Shown: piece after piece, positions 48,833 to 58,006 of the stretch
How positions within the stretch are numbered: the stretch's first letter is position 1
Layout of the letters: the number at the start of each line of letters is the position of its first letter
DNA from: Christensenella sp. UBA7862
GTDB taxonomy: Bacteria; Bacillota; Clostridia; Christensenellales; UBA1242
Direction: 5' to 3'
NCBI GenBank assembly: GCA_002500135.1
Contig: DLSM01000006.1
Coordinates: 185,488 to 249,487 of the forward strand
DNA: 64,000 bases
Translations under genes and position numbers: made by a program
The notes under the pieces: generated by a model
Databases searched by the model: none
What the model was told of the DNA's origin: nothing
Seen by the model: only the letters and a program-made list of their open reading frames with translations

Positions 48833-49048
48833 GTGATGAATATTTCGGAAAAGATTGGAAAAAATTTGAAATATGCACGCAAAAATTCGGGACTTACACA
48901 AGCACAAGTCGCCGAAAGTTTACACATGGCACAGCAACAATACAGTCGTTTTGAAACTGGAAAATTTGAATTGAATTATGAGCAAATTCTCTTTCTTTGC
49001 AAACTTCTTGACGTAACGCCCAATGAAATTTTTGGTTATGAATTTTAA
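48833..49048 (+). CDS. XRE-family helix-turn-helix transcriptional regulator (70-71 aa)
   Basis: IGKNLKYARKNSGLTQAQVAESLHMAQQQYSRFETGK is a Cro/C1-type HTH. The start is GTG at 48833 or ATG at 48836. No SD is present, and the start lies 6-9 nt after the -10 element, so the mRNA is probably leaderless. Confidence 0.85.
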   Translation: MMNISEKIGKNLKYARKNSGLTQAQVAESLHMAQQQYSRFETGKFELNYEQILFLCKLLDVTPNEIFGYEF

Positions 49049-49056
49049 TTTATTGT

Positions 49057-49086
49057 AAAAAAGGATAGTCGTTTGACTATCCTTTT
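49057..49086. terminator. Bidirectional terminator (XRE gene / transglutaminase-like gene)
   Basis: AAAAAGGATAGTC-GTTT-GACTATCCTTTT. Confidence 0.8.
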
Positions 49087-49098
49087 GTTTGTATTGAT

Positions 49099-51726
49099 TT
49101 ATTTCGCTGCGGATTTTTTCTTTTTGATGGCGATTGGGACGCAGAGGGCTACAATTACTGGAATTGTGAAGCAAAGGGCTAGGATAACTGGAAGGTTGTT
49201 TTTGGAAGTGGCTGGTTGTTGTGGGGTTATGACGATTTCGTTTGCAAGCATTGTAGAGTTAAGGGAACTTTCGCCGTTTGCTTCTTCTTTTGCTGCGACT
49301 GAAGTTGAAACGTAGGCAATTTTAAGTTCGTTGTTTGCTTCAAGTTCTGCATAGGTGAAGTCTATTTGGTCGTCAACCACTGTCAGTTTTCTTCTTCCAA
49401 GCATTGCATAATCCACTTTGTATCCGTCTTCTGGAATAATGTGATAGGTTATTGTTTCGGTTGATTTGACTTTTGCGACTGCTTTTTGAGTGGTAGCAAC
49501 ATTGCCTTCATAAGTTGTGCAAAGGAATCTTCCGCCCTCGGTAATGTTTCTTGCATAAATGCTTTTTGTTGAAACTTCTTCATTTTTGACTGCTGCAACA
49601 AGGAATGGGCTGAAGTCGCTGATTGTGACCACAATGCCATATTCTGTTACGACACACTCAAGTTCTTCTGTAGCTCCTGGGACAATATATCCAAGATCGT
49701 TCTTTTTGTAGTGGAAAACTTTGAATGTCACGCCTTTGTCTTCTGGTCCATAGCCTTCTGGGAAGCCGAATGCAACTTTCACATAAGAGCCACTTGGAAT
49801 TGTTGCAACGCCGCCGCAAATGTTAAGGTCAATTTCATAAGTTGCACTTTTTTCTATTGTTCCAGATGAAACAAGTTCTGTTGCGTCTTCCTCCATTCTG
49901 CTTGAAAGCTCTTCACTTGGTTTTTTGGCAACAAGCACAAGTTGGCTGCGTTGATTTTGAGCAACTGGATTGCCGTCTTCGTCAAGGAAGTTTGTTAGGC
50001 TTAGGTCACGCCCGTCAATAAGCACTGGGGAACCATAAGAATTGATATACAATCTGCCGTCATTATATATCTTGCTGCAAACCGTCCATGGTCTTGCAAA
50101 GGTTAGTGTTGCTGGGCTTGGCACAAGTTCGCCTACGCTACTTACGATGTTTGTTGGAACAAAGTTGTAGGCTTGGTTGTCATGTTCAAACATTTTGCTT
50201 GGGGTGAAGTAGAATATTATTGTGTTTCCTGAAAGTTGAACACTATCACATTTTACATATTTTGAAAGGTTGCTAGATTTTGAACTGAAAACGTTAATTT
50301 CAATTGGCTTTGAGTTGTCGACCTTTTTAATCGCCTTGTCATAGGTTATGGAAACTGTATAAGTTTGGTCAACCGCCAAAACACTTGTTGGACTTGGGGT
50401 TATTGATTGAACCTTTGGGGCAGCAGTTTCTGGTGCATATTTTTCATTCACAATTACATCACTTTTTGCAACAATTTGAGTTTCGTCAATGGTTGGATAA
50501 ACATTTCCACCAGCAAGCATTTGCTTTGTTATGAACATTTGGGAACTATACCAGTTTTTGTTGATGTTTATTATATTTGAATTTAGGTTGTCACCAGTAA
50601 CCCTGTAGAACCCAGACCAGCCTTTATATTCGTTTGTATCCGTGTCGAAGTATTCGTGATTTATCATAAGATAAAGTGAATTTTCTTCGAGTTTTGTAAT
50701 TGTTTCATAATTCATATAGCCAAATGTTATATATTGGCTGTCATCGTCATAAGAAATTGTTGTCTTAAGTTCCTCTTTGCCATAGTCATAGGTTGCAAGG
50801 GCTGGATATTTCACTTCATAACCACTGTTTGAAATTTCACCACTCTCAACATGGTCTTTGCTGTTTTCGCTTCCCAAAAGGAAATACTTTGTCTGAGAGG
50901 TGGCAGAACTGTTTAGTGTTGAATCTACAAGATACCATTTTGAGTTAAGTTGAACATAATTCCAAGCGTGGCTTTCATATCCGCCGTTATCGTTTGCAAC
51001 ATATCCCACAACTTCCACGCAAGGAATGTTTTGTGTGTCCATAATTGCTTTAAACGCACGGGCAAAGCCTTCGCAAACGGCATATTTTTTTACAATCGCA
51101 CCATATGTTGTGCGAATTTGCTTTTTTCCAAGTTCCGTTCCGTCTGCGTCAAAGGAATAGGTAACGTTTTCACATAGATAAGTGTTTGCCATTAAGATTT
51201 TTGTGTAGTTGTCGGTGGCGGAAGAAAGTCTTGTTTTAATGGCTTCCAATGCGGCGTTATATTCTGTAACGGCGGCAAGGATATCTGCTTGAGTTTTAAA
51301 CCCAGTTGCAAGATAACTATCGCTCCTGCCTGCGTCAATGCTGGCAACAAATTCTGCCCCCTTGCTCTTTAGACTGAGAGTGGCTTGGTCAAAGTTTACA
51401 TAAAAGAGTTCTGGGTGGTCAAGATAGAACAAATCTCTTCCCGCTCCAAAAGACCTTAAAAGGGAAGTGTCCCCGTTTTGAAAACTTCTTACATCTGCAT
51501 TAGATATAACCCCATTTTTCAAAAGGTCATACGACTTGCCTTGTGCAAAAGAATTATCCTCTGCCATTTTTTCAAACGCCTTATAAAACTTTTTGGCATT
51601 TGTGTCTAAGTCTTGTATGTAATATGTGTGTATGCTCTCCGTTGCGGCGTAGGCTTCTTGAGTCATCTGCGGAACGCAAACTAACGCACAACACAGCGCA
51701 ATAAAAAATACAATAAATTTTTTCAT
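49099..51726 (-). CDS. Secreted transglutaminase-like (cysteine protease fold) protein with Ig-like C-terminal domains and a C-terminal TM anchor (875 aa)
   Basis: The signal peptide is MKKFIVFFIALCCALVCVPQMTQEAYA. The transglutaminase core is AVCEGFARAFKAIMD...GYESHAWNYVQLNSKWYLVDST (Cys-His-Asp). The C-terminal VILALCFTIPVIVALCVPIAIKKKK is a TM anchor. Confidence 0.85.
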   Translation of the reverse strand: MKKFIVFFIALCCALVCVPQMTQEAYAATESIHTYYIQDLDTNAKKFYKAFEKMAEDNSFAQGKSYDLLKNGVISNADVRSFQNGDTSLLRSFGAGRDLFYLDHPELFYVNFDQATLSLKSKGAEFVASIDAGRSDSYLATGFKTQADILAAVTEYNAALEAIKTRLSSATDNYTKILMANTYLCENVTYSFDADGTELGKKQIRTTYGAIVKKYAVCEGFARAFKAIMDTQNIPCVEVVGYVANDNGGYESHAWNYVQLNSKWYLVDSTLNSSATSQTKYFLLGSENSKDHVESGEISNSGYEVKYPALATYDYGKEELKTTISYDDDSQYITFGYMNYETITKLEENSLYLMINHEYFDTDTNEYKGWSGFYRVTGDNLNSNIININKNWYSSQMFITKQMLAGGNVYPTIDETQIVAKSDVIVNEKYAPETAAPKVQSITPSPTSVLAVDQTYTVSITYDKAIKKVDNSKPIEINVFSSKSSNLSKYVKCDSVQLSGNTIIFYFTPSKMFEHDNQAYNFVPTNIVSSVGELVPSPATLTFARPWTVCSKIYNDGRLYINSYGSPVLIDGRDLSLTNFLDEDGNPVAQNQRSQLVLVAKKPSEELSSRMEEDATELVSSGTIEKSATYEIDLNICGGVATIPSGSYVKVAFGFPEGYGPEDKGVTFKVFHYKKNDLGYIVPGATEELECVVTEYGIVVTISDFSPFLVAAVKNEEVSTKSIYARNITEGGRFLCTTYEGNVATTQKAVAKVKSTETITYHIIPEDGYKVDYAMLGRRKLTVVDDQIDFTYAELEANNELKIAYVSTSVAAKEEANGESSLNSTMLANEIVITPQQPATSKNNLPVILALCFTIPVIVALCVPIAIKKKKSAAK

Positions 51727-51867
51727 AAAAACTCCTCCTATATTTTTATTAGATTATATCCAAAAAATTGCACGTCTGTCAAATGATACTTTCGTGATAT
51801 TTGCACAAAGAAATTAACCAACTTTTTCCACTCAACATAAATTAAATAAAAAGGGGAGTGTGTGGTT

Positions 51868-53703
51868 ATGGCGACAGAAGTGGCTAGTTTTTCGGAACTT
51901 AAAACATTGGTTGAGGACAGTGTCACAACAGATATTTTAGTTGCGCAAGACATAACTTTTTCGTCTGGCGGGATAAATATAAATGTTTCAAAACCATCGC
52001 TTGTAATAGATTTTGGCGGTCATAAAGTCACCGACTACACTTCAAGCACGTTTACGGACACCTTGCACGTGTCTTCCACCACAAATACCATTTCTGTAAC
52101 TGTAAAAAACGCCGAGTGGAGCGGCAGAAATTATTATGGCGTTGTTGGCGTATATAACGGCAACACAAACACCACTGTCACCTTGCAAAATATATCCTAC
52201 ACTGGCCCTCAGTTTATGTATAACAAAAACGGCGTGACAAATATTATAGATTGCACCATAATCCTAAGCAGTAACGGCACTTCAACAAACCCGCAAGAAT
52301 GCTTAGAAGCAAACAGAGTTTCAGTTTCGGGCAATGTGCAAGTGACGTCAAACTCCACAAGTGACGCCGTCATTTGGTTCACGGGACAAAACGCAAGTTT
52401 GACGGTGCAAGAGAATGCAACATTTATTGTTAAAGCAGAACTCACTTATCTTTTATACACCGACTCATCTCCCGACATTCTCTGTAAAAAGAATTCATCA
52501 ACCACAATCACCACCCAAAGAGGACTATTCTACGCCTCGGGCAGCGGCTCGCATATCGCAAAGTCTTTTACGCTTGAGGAAGGTGCAAGTTTTGTCGCAT
52601 ACAAAAACGCCAGCAACTCTGTGCCAATGTTCAAGTGCCAATCAAACTTCACCATAAATAAAAATTCCACTTTCAGATTGTTTTCCGAGATGATAAGCAG
52701 CACCGCTCTTGTGTATTTCGGTCAAGCGGCAAACATCCAAATAAACTCCCCAAAAAATGTCGTTTTATACAATCGTGGCGGAGATATTTTCAGTTTCCAA
52801 ACGGGAACAGCGTCAAACCCGAATATAATAAACATCTCAACAGAAATGTTACGTCTTTGGGACGTGGCAAAAAGTCCAATAACAGACGCTGGAACTTTTG
52901 ACAACCCTCCAAGCAGCGAGTTTTACAAAGCGAACTACGCAAACGACCTAACTTTAAACATAAAATCAACAACCTCACAAATGACTGGACTTACAAGTAA
53001 CCTTGAAGAGGGCGACAAGGGCTATCCGTTTTCTTCCACCTCACTCAAGCTTTTCACATCAAAAGTCATAAGCCTAGGCTCATTGCCACTAAATGTTGTC
53101 ACCATAAACGATTTGTCCACAGAAATAACTGGAACAACAGAACCACTTGCAACTGTAGGTGTGTCACTAAACGGAACTCAAATCACCACTGCCGACAGTG
53201 AAGGAGATTTTATAGTTGCAATCGACCCACCCGCAGTTGACACCCCAGTAACTATCGCAGCCAACATTAACTTTTTGACCAAGGAAATATCAACACAAAC
53301 AGAAGGCTCTGTGTCTGTTTCTCATGTTGACGACTTGAAATTTAAAACATTTACAACAAAGTCCAATATGAGCATTATCTTGCGAGATAACACCGACTTT
53401 ACAATAGAAATAAAAGACACCCGCACATCGGGCGGGAATTGGACGCTATATTGCTTTTTTGAACAGCCCCTTACAAGTGGTGAAAATAAACTGGAGAACA
53501 ACCTAGTCTTCAACACTGAAGGTGCCTCAAACATAATCTCCACTGCCCTCTTTCAAGTCCACAGCGGCACATGGGACGCCTCCACTCAAACAACCACCCT
53601 CACATGGCCGTCCGCCCAAGGCTTCCTCCTATCCCTCACTCCCCAAGCAGAATACCCCGCCGGAACCTACACCACCACCCTCCACTGGGAAATTGTGTAT
53701 TAA
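51868..53703 (+). CDS. Pectate-lyase-like adhesive domain / WxL-like C-terminal domain protein without a signal peptide (611 aa)
   Basis: The N-terminus is ATEVASFSELKTLVEDSVTTDILVAQDITFS. Beta-helix-like repeats follow. The C-terminus has FTIEIKDTRTSGGNWTLYCF and PAGTYTTTLHWEIVY, which resemble the two WxL motifs. The ATG at 51868 follows AAAGGGGAG. No hydrophobic N-terminal segment is present. Confidence 0.6.
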   Translation: MATEVASFSELKTLVEDSVTTDILVAQDITFSSGGININVSKPSLVIDFGGHKVTDYTSSTFTDTLHVSSTTNTISVTVKNAEWSGRNYYGVVGVYNGNTNTTVTLQNISYTGPQFMYNKNGVTNIIDCTIILSSNGTSTNPQECLEANRVSVSGNVQVTSNSTSDAVIWFTGQNASLTVQENATFIVKAELTYLLYTDSSPDILCKKNSSTTITTQRGLFYASGSGSHIAKSFTLEEGASFVAYKNASNSVPMFKCQSNFTINKNSTFRLFSEMISSTALVYFGQAANIQINSPKNVVLYNRGGDIFSFQTGTASNPNIINISTEMLRLWDVAKSPITDAGTFDNPPSSEFYKANYANDLTLNIKSTTSQMTGLTSNLEEGDKGYPFSSTSLKLFTSKVISLGSLPLNVVTINDLSTEITGTTEPLATVGVSLNGTQITTADSEGDFIVAIDPPAVDTPVTIAANINFLTKEISTQTEGSVSVSHVDDLKFKTFTTKSNMSIILRDNTDFTIEIKDTRTSGGNWTLYCFFEQPLTSGENKLENNLVFNTEGASNIISTALFQVHSGTWDASTQTTTLTWPSAQGFLLSLTPQAEYPAGTYTTTLHWEIVY

Positions 53704-53746
53704 ATGTGAAATCCATTGCCAGAAATATAGATATTTTAGAAATAGT

Positions 53747-53773
53747 AAAAGTGCCTAAAAATTGGCACTTTTT
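53747..53773. terminator. Bidirectional terminator (WxL-like gene / recombinase gene)
   Basis: AAAAGTGCC-TAAAAATT-GGCACTTTT. Confidence 0.75.
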
Positions 53774-53779
53774 ATGTTT

Positions 53780-54385
53780 TTAAGCAGTAAACTTTTTTCG
53801 TTCTAAACTTAGATATTTAAAGAAAGTCGAAATGGGCATATTAGCCATTTTTGCGGCAATGCTACAAGTTATTTCCTTGGCTAGATATAGTTTCAAAACA
53901 TCATAGAAATTGTCAGGTAAAACCAATTTTGGTCGCCCCATGTGAACACCTTTTTCCTTGGCAATTCGTATGCCTTCTGCTTGCCTTGACTTAATATTTT
54001 CTCTTTCAGTTTCAGCAACGAAAGAAAGGATTTGCAACACAATATCAGCAATAAATCTACCAACTAAATTTTGTGGGGTAGAACGAGTGTCTAAAAGTGG
54101 CATATCAATAACAAAAACATCGCACTCAACAATCTTAGTGATATAATACCATTCATCTAAAATCATTTTATAATTACGACCGAGGCGGTCTATTGATTTA
54201 ATAATCAGTAGGTCACCCTTTTTTATTTTAGCCCTTAAAATTTGATAATTTTCACGATTAAAATCCTTGCCACTTTGCTTATCAATAAAAACATTCTCAT
54301 TTGGAATTTTTAGCCTTGCCATTTCTTCAGTTTGTCTTTCAATATTTTGTGTGGTTGATGAAACACGCACATATCCATAAATCAT
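53780..54385 (-). CDS. Small serine recombinase (resolvase/invertase family, Hin/Gin/Pin-like; 201 aa)
   Basis: MIYGYVRVSSTTQNIERQ contains the catalytic Ser. Also present are GDLLIIKSIDRLGRN, ERENIKSRQAEGI and a C-terminal HTH (CSIAAKMANMPISTFFKYL). The start is taken at ATG 54385 after GGAGG. The ORF-track start at 54457 adds 24 atypical aa. Confidence 0.92.
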   Translation of the reverse strand: MIYGYVRVSSTTQNIERQTEEMARLKIPNENVFIDKQSGKDFNRENYQILRAKIKKGDLLIIKSIDRLGRNYKMILDEWYYITKIVECDVFVIDMPLLDTRSTPQNLVGRFIADIVLQILSFVAETERENIKSRQAEGIRIAKEKGVHMGRPKLVLPDNFYDVLKLYLAKEITCSIAAKMANMPISTFFKYLSLERKKFTA

Positions 54386-54405
54386 AAAATACACCTCCAG
54401 CATAC

Positions 54406-54434
54406 ATTTTAAAATATTTTTTTCATCATGGCAA
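54406..54434 (-). promoter_or_regulatory. Candidate recombinase promoter
   Basis: On the minus strand: TTGCCA (54434-54429), 17 nt, then TAAAAT (54411-54406). Confidence 0.5.
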
Positions 54435-54460
54435 TACTGACAAAGAGATCTATACAAAAA

Positions 54461-54476
54461 TACACGTTGGTGTAGT
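54461..54476. repeat. Left arm of a 16-bp perfect inverted repeat (candidate recombinase crossover site)
   Basis: TACACGTTGGTGTAGT. It contains the internal dyad TACAC-GTTG-GTGTA. Confidence 0.9.
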
Positions 54477-54528
54477 AATTTAATCCAAACGATTTATTAG
54501 GTGTAGTATATCATATTTCTTCAAAAAA

Positions 54529-54557
54529 TGGACATAATTTTACTAATTTTTTAATAT
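54529..54557 (+). promoter_or_regulatory. Promoter-like element inside the IR-bracketed segment, currently facing the helicase operon
   Basis: TGGACA (54529-54534), 17 nt, then TAATAT (54552-54557). The segment is AT-rich, so other weaker matches exist, for example minus-strand TTGCAT-17-TAAAAA. Confidence 0.45.
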
Positions 54558-54606
54558 TTTTTGCATTTTCATGCAATTCTGCTTCTCAAAGCCTTTTTTT
54601 AGCTTA

Positions 54607-54622
54607 ACTACACCAACGTGTA
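54607..54622. repeat. Right arm of the 16-bp perfect inverted repeat
   Basis: ACTACACCAACGTGTA is the exact reverse complement of 54461-54476. It lies 76 nt upstream of the helicase ATG. Confidence 0.9.
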
Positions 54623-54697
54623 CCTTTAAGTAGTAAAAAACTTAATAATCTGAACTTGATTTTGATAATGTTTGTATTCAACAGAAGAGAGGAAAGG

Positions 54698-57600
54698 ATG
54701 ATGTTTGAAAATATAGATAACAGGATAAGGTTCCTTGGAGATGATCTAAAGAAGGAGTTAAAAGAGAACTCAAAAATTAGGATTGCAGCATCCTGTTTTT
54801 CTATGTATGCCTTTAAGGAACTGAAAGAAGAATTTAAAAAGATTGACGAGTTAAAATTTCTATTCACTTCGCCCACATTTACAAAAGAAAAAATTGTGGA
54901 AGATATGAAAAGTGAAAAAAGAGAATTCTATATACCTAAATTAAATAGAGAAAATTGCCTGTATGGAACAGATTTTGAAATAAGGCTTCGCAATGAAATG
55001 ACTCTTAAAGCGGTGGCAAGGGAATGTGCTGAATGGGTAAAAGAGAAGGTTAGATTTAAAAGTAACATAACTGAGTCCTACATTCCAAATTTTATAGGAA
55101 TAGAAAAATCTCAACAACCAAGTATAGTTTACAATCCAATAGATGGCTTTACAGCAAGCGACTTGGGGTATCAACAAGGGAGGGCTATATTTTCAGCCAC
55201 AATGAAGACTGACTTTGCCGAGCAGAGTAAATTTTTATTATCCATGTTTGACGAAGTTTGGAACGACAAGTCAAGGGTTGAAGATATAACAGATTCAGTT
55301 ATTGAAATGATTAGTTCTGCGTATCAAGAAAACAGCCCAGAATTTATTTATTACATAGTTCTATACAATGTTTTTGCCGATTTTCTTGATGAAATCAGTG
55401 ACGATCATATGCCAAATGAAGCAACTGGGTTCAAGAATACAAAAATTTGGAACACCTTGTATGACTTTCAGAAAAATGGCGCAATAAGCATAATTCAAAA
55501 ACTTGAAAAACATAACGGTTGCGTATTGGCAGATAGTGTTGGACTGGGTAAAACTTTTACTGCACTTGCAGTTATGGCGTATTATTCTTTGAGAAATAAA
55601 AGCATTTTGGTGTTATGTCCAAAAAGGCTTGGTCAAAATTGGATGCAATATTGTGGGAATGAAGTAACAAACATTTTTTATCAAGACAGAATTAGATACG
55701 ATGTCCTCTATCACACAGACCTAGGAAGATCTGGAATGTCTCATGACGGCAGAGACATTAAATATATTAACTGGGGAAATTATGATCTTGTAGTTTTAGA
55801 TGAATCTCATAACTTTAGGAACAACTATGCGGCGGAAGGTAAAGAATCTCGATACAACTTTCTTGTAAATAAAGTTTTAAGACCGGGGGTGAAAACCAAG
55901 ATTTTAATGCTTTCTGCAACACCAGTAAACAACAGATATGCTGACTTAAAAAACCAACTAGCACTTGCTTATGCACAAGATTATGATGCTTTTGAGGCGA
56001 GTTTGGACACAAAAAGTAGCATTGCTTCAATATTCAGAAATGCTCAATCTGTCTTTAATGAATGGTCAAGGAAGCCGATATACAAAAGAAAAACAATAGA
56101 CTTGGTGAACAATTTAAGCATGGATTTTAAAACGCTTCTTGACAGTGTGACAATAGCAAGAAGCAGAAAGAAGATTCTAAAGTATTATAAAGACAACAGT
56201 ATAGGTAACTTCCCAGAAAGACTGCCGCCTCAGTCATATTTCCCAGAACTAACCGAATTGCAAGGGGTATCATCTTACGAAGAAATCTATGAAAAAATCG
56301 CTTTGATGAATATGGCTGTTTATGGCGTTTTTGACTATGTCCTTGAAAGTAAAAAAGAAAAATATGAAATGAAAACTACTCTCGAAGAAAATTTTGGTGG
56401 AATATCCAGAGGTGGACGAACGGCAGGAATAAAGAGATTGATGACTATAAATCTGTTGAAAAGATTGGAATCGAGTGTAGAGGCTTTCAGTCTGACAATG
56501 GACAAAATTCTTAAACAGAATTTAGCAGAACTAGATAGATTGCAACAATACGAAGATGGATTGCTTGACCCCGATGCTACAATAGATAAAAAAGTTTTTA
56601 GTTATGAAGCAATAGATATGGATGATGAAACATTTTCCTTTTTCAGAACGGATAAAGGAAGAACAATTTCTATTAAATATGCAGATGTAGATAGAAGATC
56701 GTGGAAAAGGGCAATGCAAGAGGATATAAATGAATTGACATTGCTTTTGAACGAGATGAACAAAATAACACCCGAGCATGACAACAAATTGCAAACATTA
56801 AAGGATGTTATAAAAGATAAAATTCAAAATCCAATAAACCCAGGCAATCATAAAGTTTTAATTTTTTCAGCTTTCGCCGATACCGCAAATTATCTTTATG
56901 ACAATTTAAAGAATTGCCTAAAAGAGAATTATGGAATAGAGTCCGCTTTAATAGTAGGACAAAAGAATAGAACTACCATTAGCGATTGCTCAAACAGAAC
57001 AGATGCCTTGCTAACTATGTTCAGCCCAATAAGCAAAAATAGAGATGAGACTTTTAATAGGATTGAATGTCATGGCAAGTCCACTGAGATAGATATCCTC
57101 ATAGCCACAGATTGCATTTCAGAAGGTCAAAACTTGCAAGATTGTGATATGTGCTTAAATTACGACATCCATTGGAACCCTGTTAGGATAGTCCAACGTT
57201 ATGGACGTGTGGACAGATTGGGGAGCAAAAATGAAAAAATAAGGCTTATAAATTTCTGGCCACCAATATCACTTAACGAATACCTTAATCTTACAGAAAG
57301 AGTAAGTAGCAGAATGACAATAGTCAACCAAACTGCAACTGCTGATGACAATATTCTTGACCCAGATGAACAGCTTGATGATTATAGAGAAATTCAAATT
57401 AAAAAACTTCAAGAAGGTGAAAATATAGACCTAGATGACCAAGAAACTGGTGTTTCAATTTCAGATTTGGGGCTAAACGACTTCCGAATGGATATGTCGG
57501 AATTGCTTAAAACATATGGCAAATCAAAACAACTTCCAAAAGGTCTTCATTGTGTTGTCCCAGCAGATGAAAAGAATGGAATTGCTCCAGGGGTTATTTA

Positions 57601-58006
57601 TGTTTTGAAAAACCAAAATCAAAATCTCAGTTTAGTAAAGAGAAATAGATTGTATCCATATTTCTTGGTGTATGTGGACAAGTCTGGAAAGGTTATTGAG
57701 GACTACACTCAAGTCCATCAAATTTTGGAAATATTAAAACGGGCATGCTCTGGACGGAAAGAACCAATCGCTGAAGTTTACAAAAAGTTTAACCTAGAAA
57801 CAGATGACGGGAAGGACATGCATATATATTCTGGCTTACTTAAAGACGCAATTCAGTCAATGATCAGTGAGAAAAACACAAGCGATTTGCAATATTTGTT
57901 TAAATTCGGAAGTGAAGTTTTAAATGAAGTTGGAATTAAGGGGTTGGACGATTTTGAACTCATAACCTTTGTCGTAATCGAACAAAAGGAGGGGGAGAAT
58001 GTTTAA
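54698..58006 (+). CDS. SNF2-family helicase/translocase with unassigned N-terminal (about 270 aa) and C-terminal (about 230 aa) regions (about 1,102 aa)
   Basis: Helicase motifs: I LADSVGLGKTFTALAV; II DLVVLDESHNFRN; III LMLSATPVNN; V/VI ILIATDCISEGQNLQDCDMCLNYDIHWNPVRIVQRYGRVDRLGS. The start is ATG at 54698 or 54701, after GAGAGGAAAGG. Confidence 0.9.
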   Translation: MMFENIDNRIRFLGDDLKKELKENSKIRIAASCFSMYAFKELKEEFKKIDELKFLFTSPTFTKEKIVEDMKSEKREFYIPKLNRENCLYGTDFEIRLRNEMTLKAVARECAEWVKEKVRFKSNITESYIPNFIGIEKSQQPSIVYNPIDGFTASDLGYQQGRAIFSATMKTDFAEQSKFLLSMFDEVWNDKSRVEDITDSVIEMISSAYQENSPEFIYYIVLYNVFADFLDEISDDHMPNEATGFKNTKIWNTLYDFQKNGAISIIQKLEKHNGCVLADSVGLGKTFTALAVMAYYSLRNKSILVLCPKRLGQNWMQYCGNEVTNIFYQDRIRYDVLYHTDLGRSGMSHDGRDIKYINWGNYDLVVLDESHNFRNNYAAEGKESRYNFLVNKVLRPGVKTKILMLSATPVNNRYADLKNQLALAYAQDYDAFEASLDTKSSIASIFRNAQSVFNEWSRKPIYKRKTIDLVNNLSMDFKTLLDSVTIARSRKKILKYYKDNSIGNFPERLPPQSYFPELTELQGVSSYEEIYEKIALMNMAVYGVFDYVLESKKEKYEMKTTLEENFGGISRGGRTAGIKRLMTINLLKRLESSVEAFSLTMDKILKQNLAELDRLQQYEDGLLDPDATIDKKVFSYEAIDMDDETFSFFRTDKGRTISIKYADVDRRSWKRAMQEDINELTLLLNEMNKITPEHDNKLQTLKDVIKDKIQNPINPGNHKVLIFSAFADTANYLYDNLKNCLKENYGIESALIVGQKNRTTISDCSNRTDALLTMFSPISKNRDETFNRIECHGKSTEIDILIATDCISEGQNLQDCDMCLNYDIHWNPVRIVQRYGRVDRLGSKNEKIRLINFWPPISLNEYLNLTERVSSRMTIVNQTATADDNILDPDEQLDDYREIQIKKLQEGENIDLDDQETGVSISDLGLNDFRMDMSELLKTYGKSKQLPKGLHCVVPADEKNGIAPGVIYVLKNQNQNLSLVKRNRLYPYFLVYVDKSGKVIEDYTQVHQILEILKRACSGRKEPIAEVYKKFNLETDDGKDMHIYSGLLKDAIQSMISEKNTSDLQYLFKFGSEVLNEVGIKGLDDFELITFVVIEQKEGENV

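Noticed and set aside
54461-54622. Interpreting the 16-bp inverted repeat as a transcription terminator or attenuator hairpin
   Set aside because: The arms are 130 nt apart and no U-run follows. The location next to a serine recombinase and the dyad structure of each arm fit recombination sites better.
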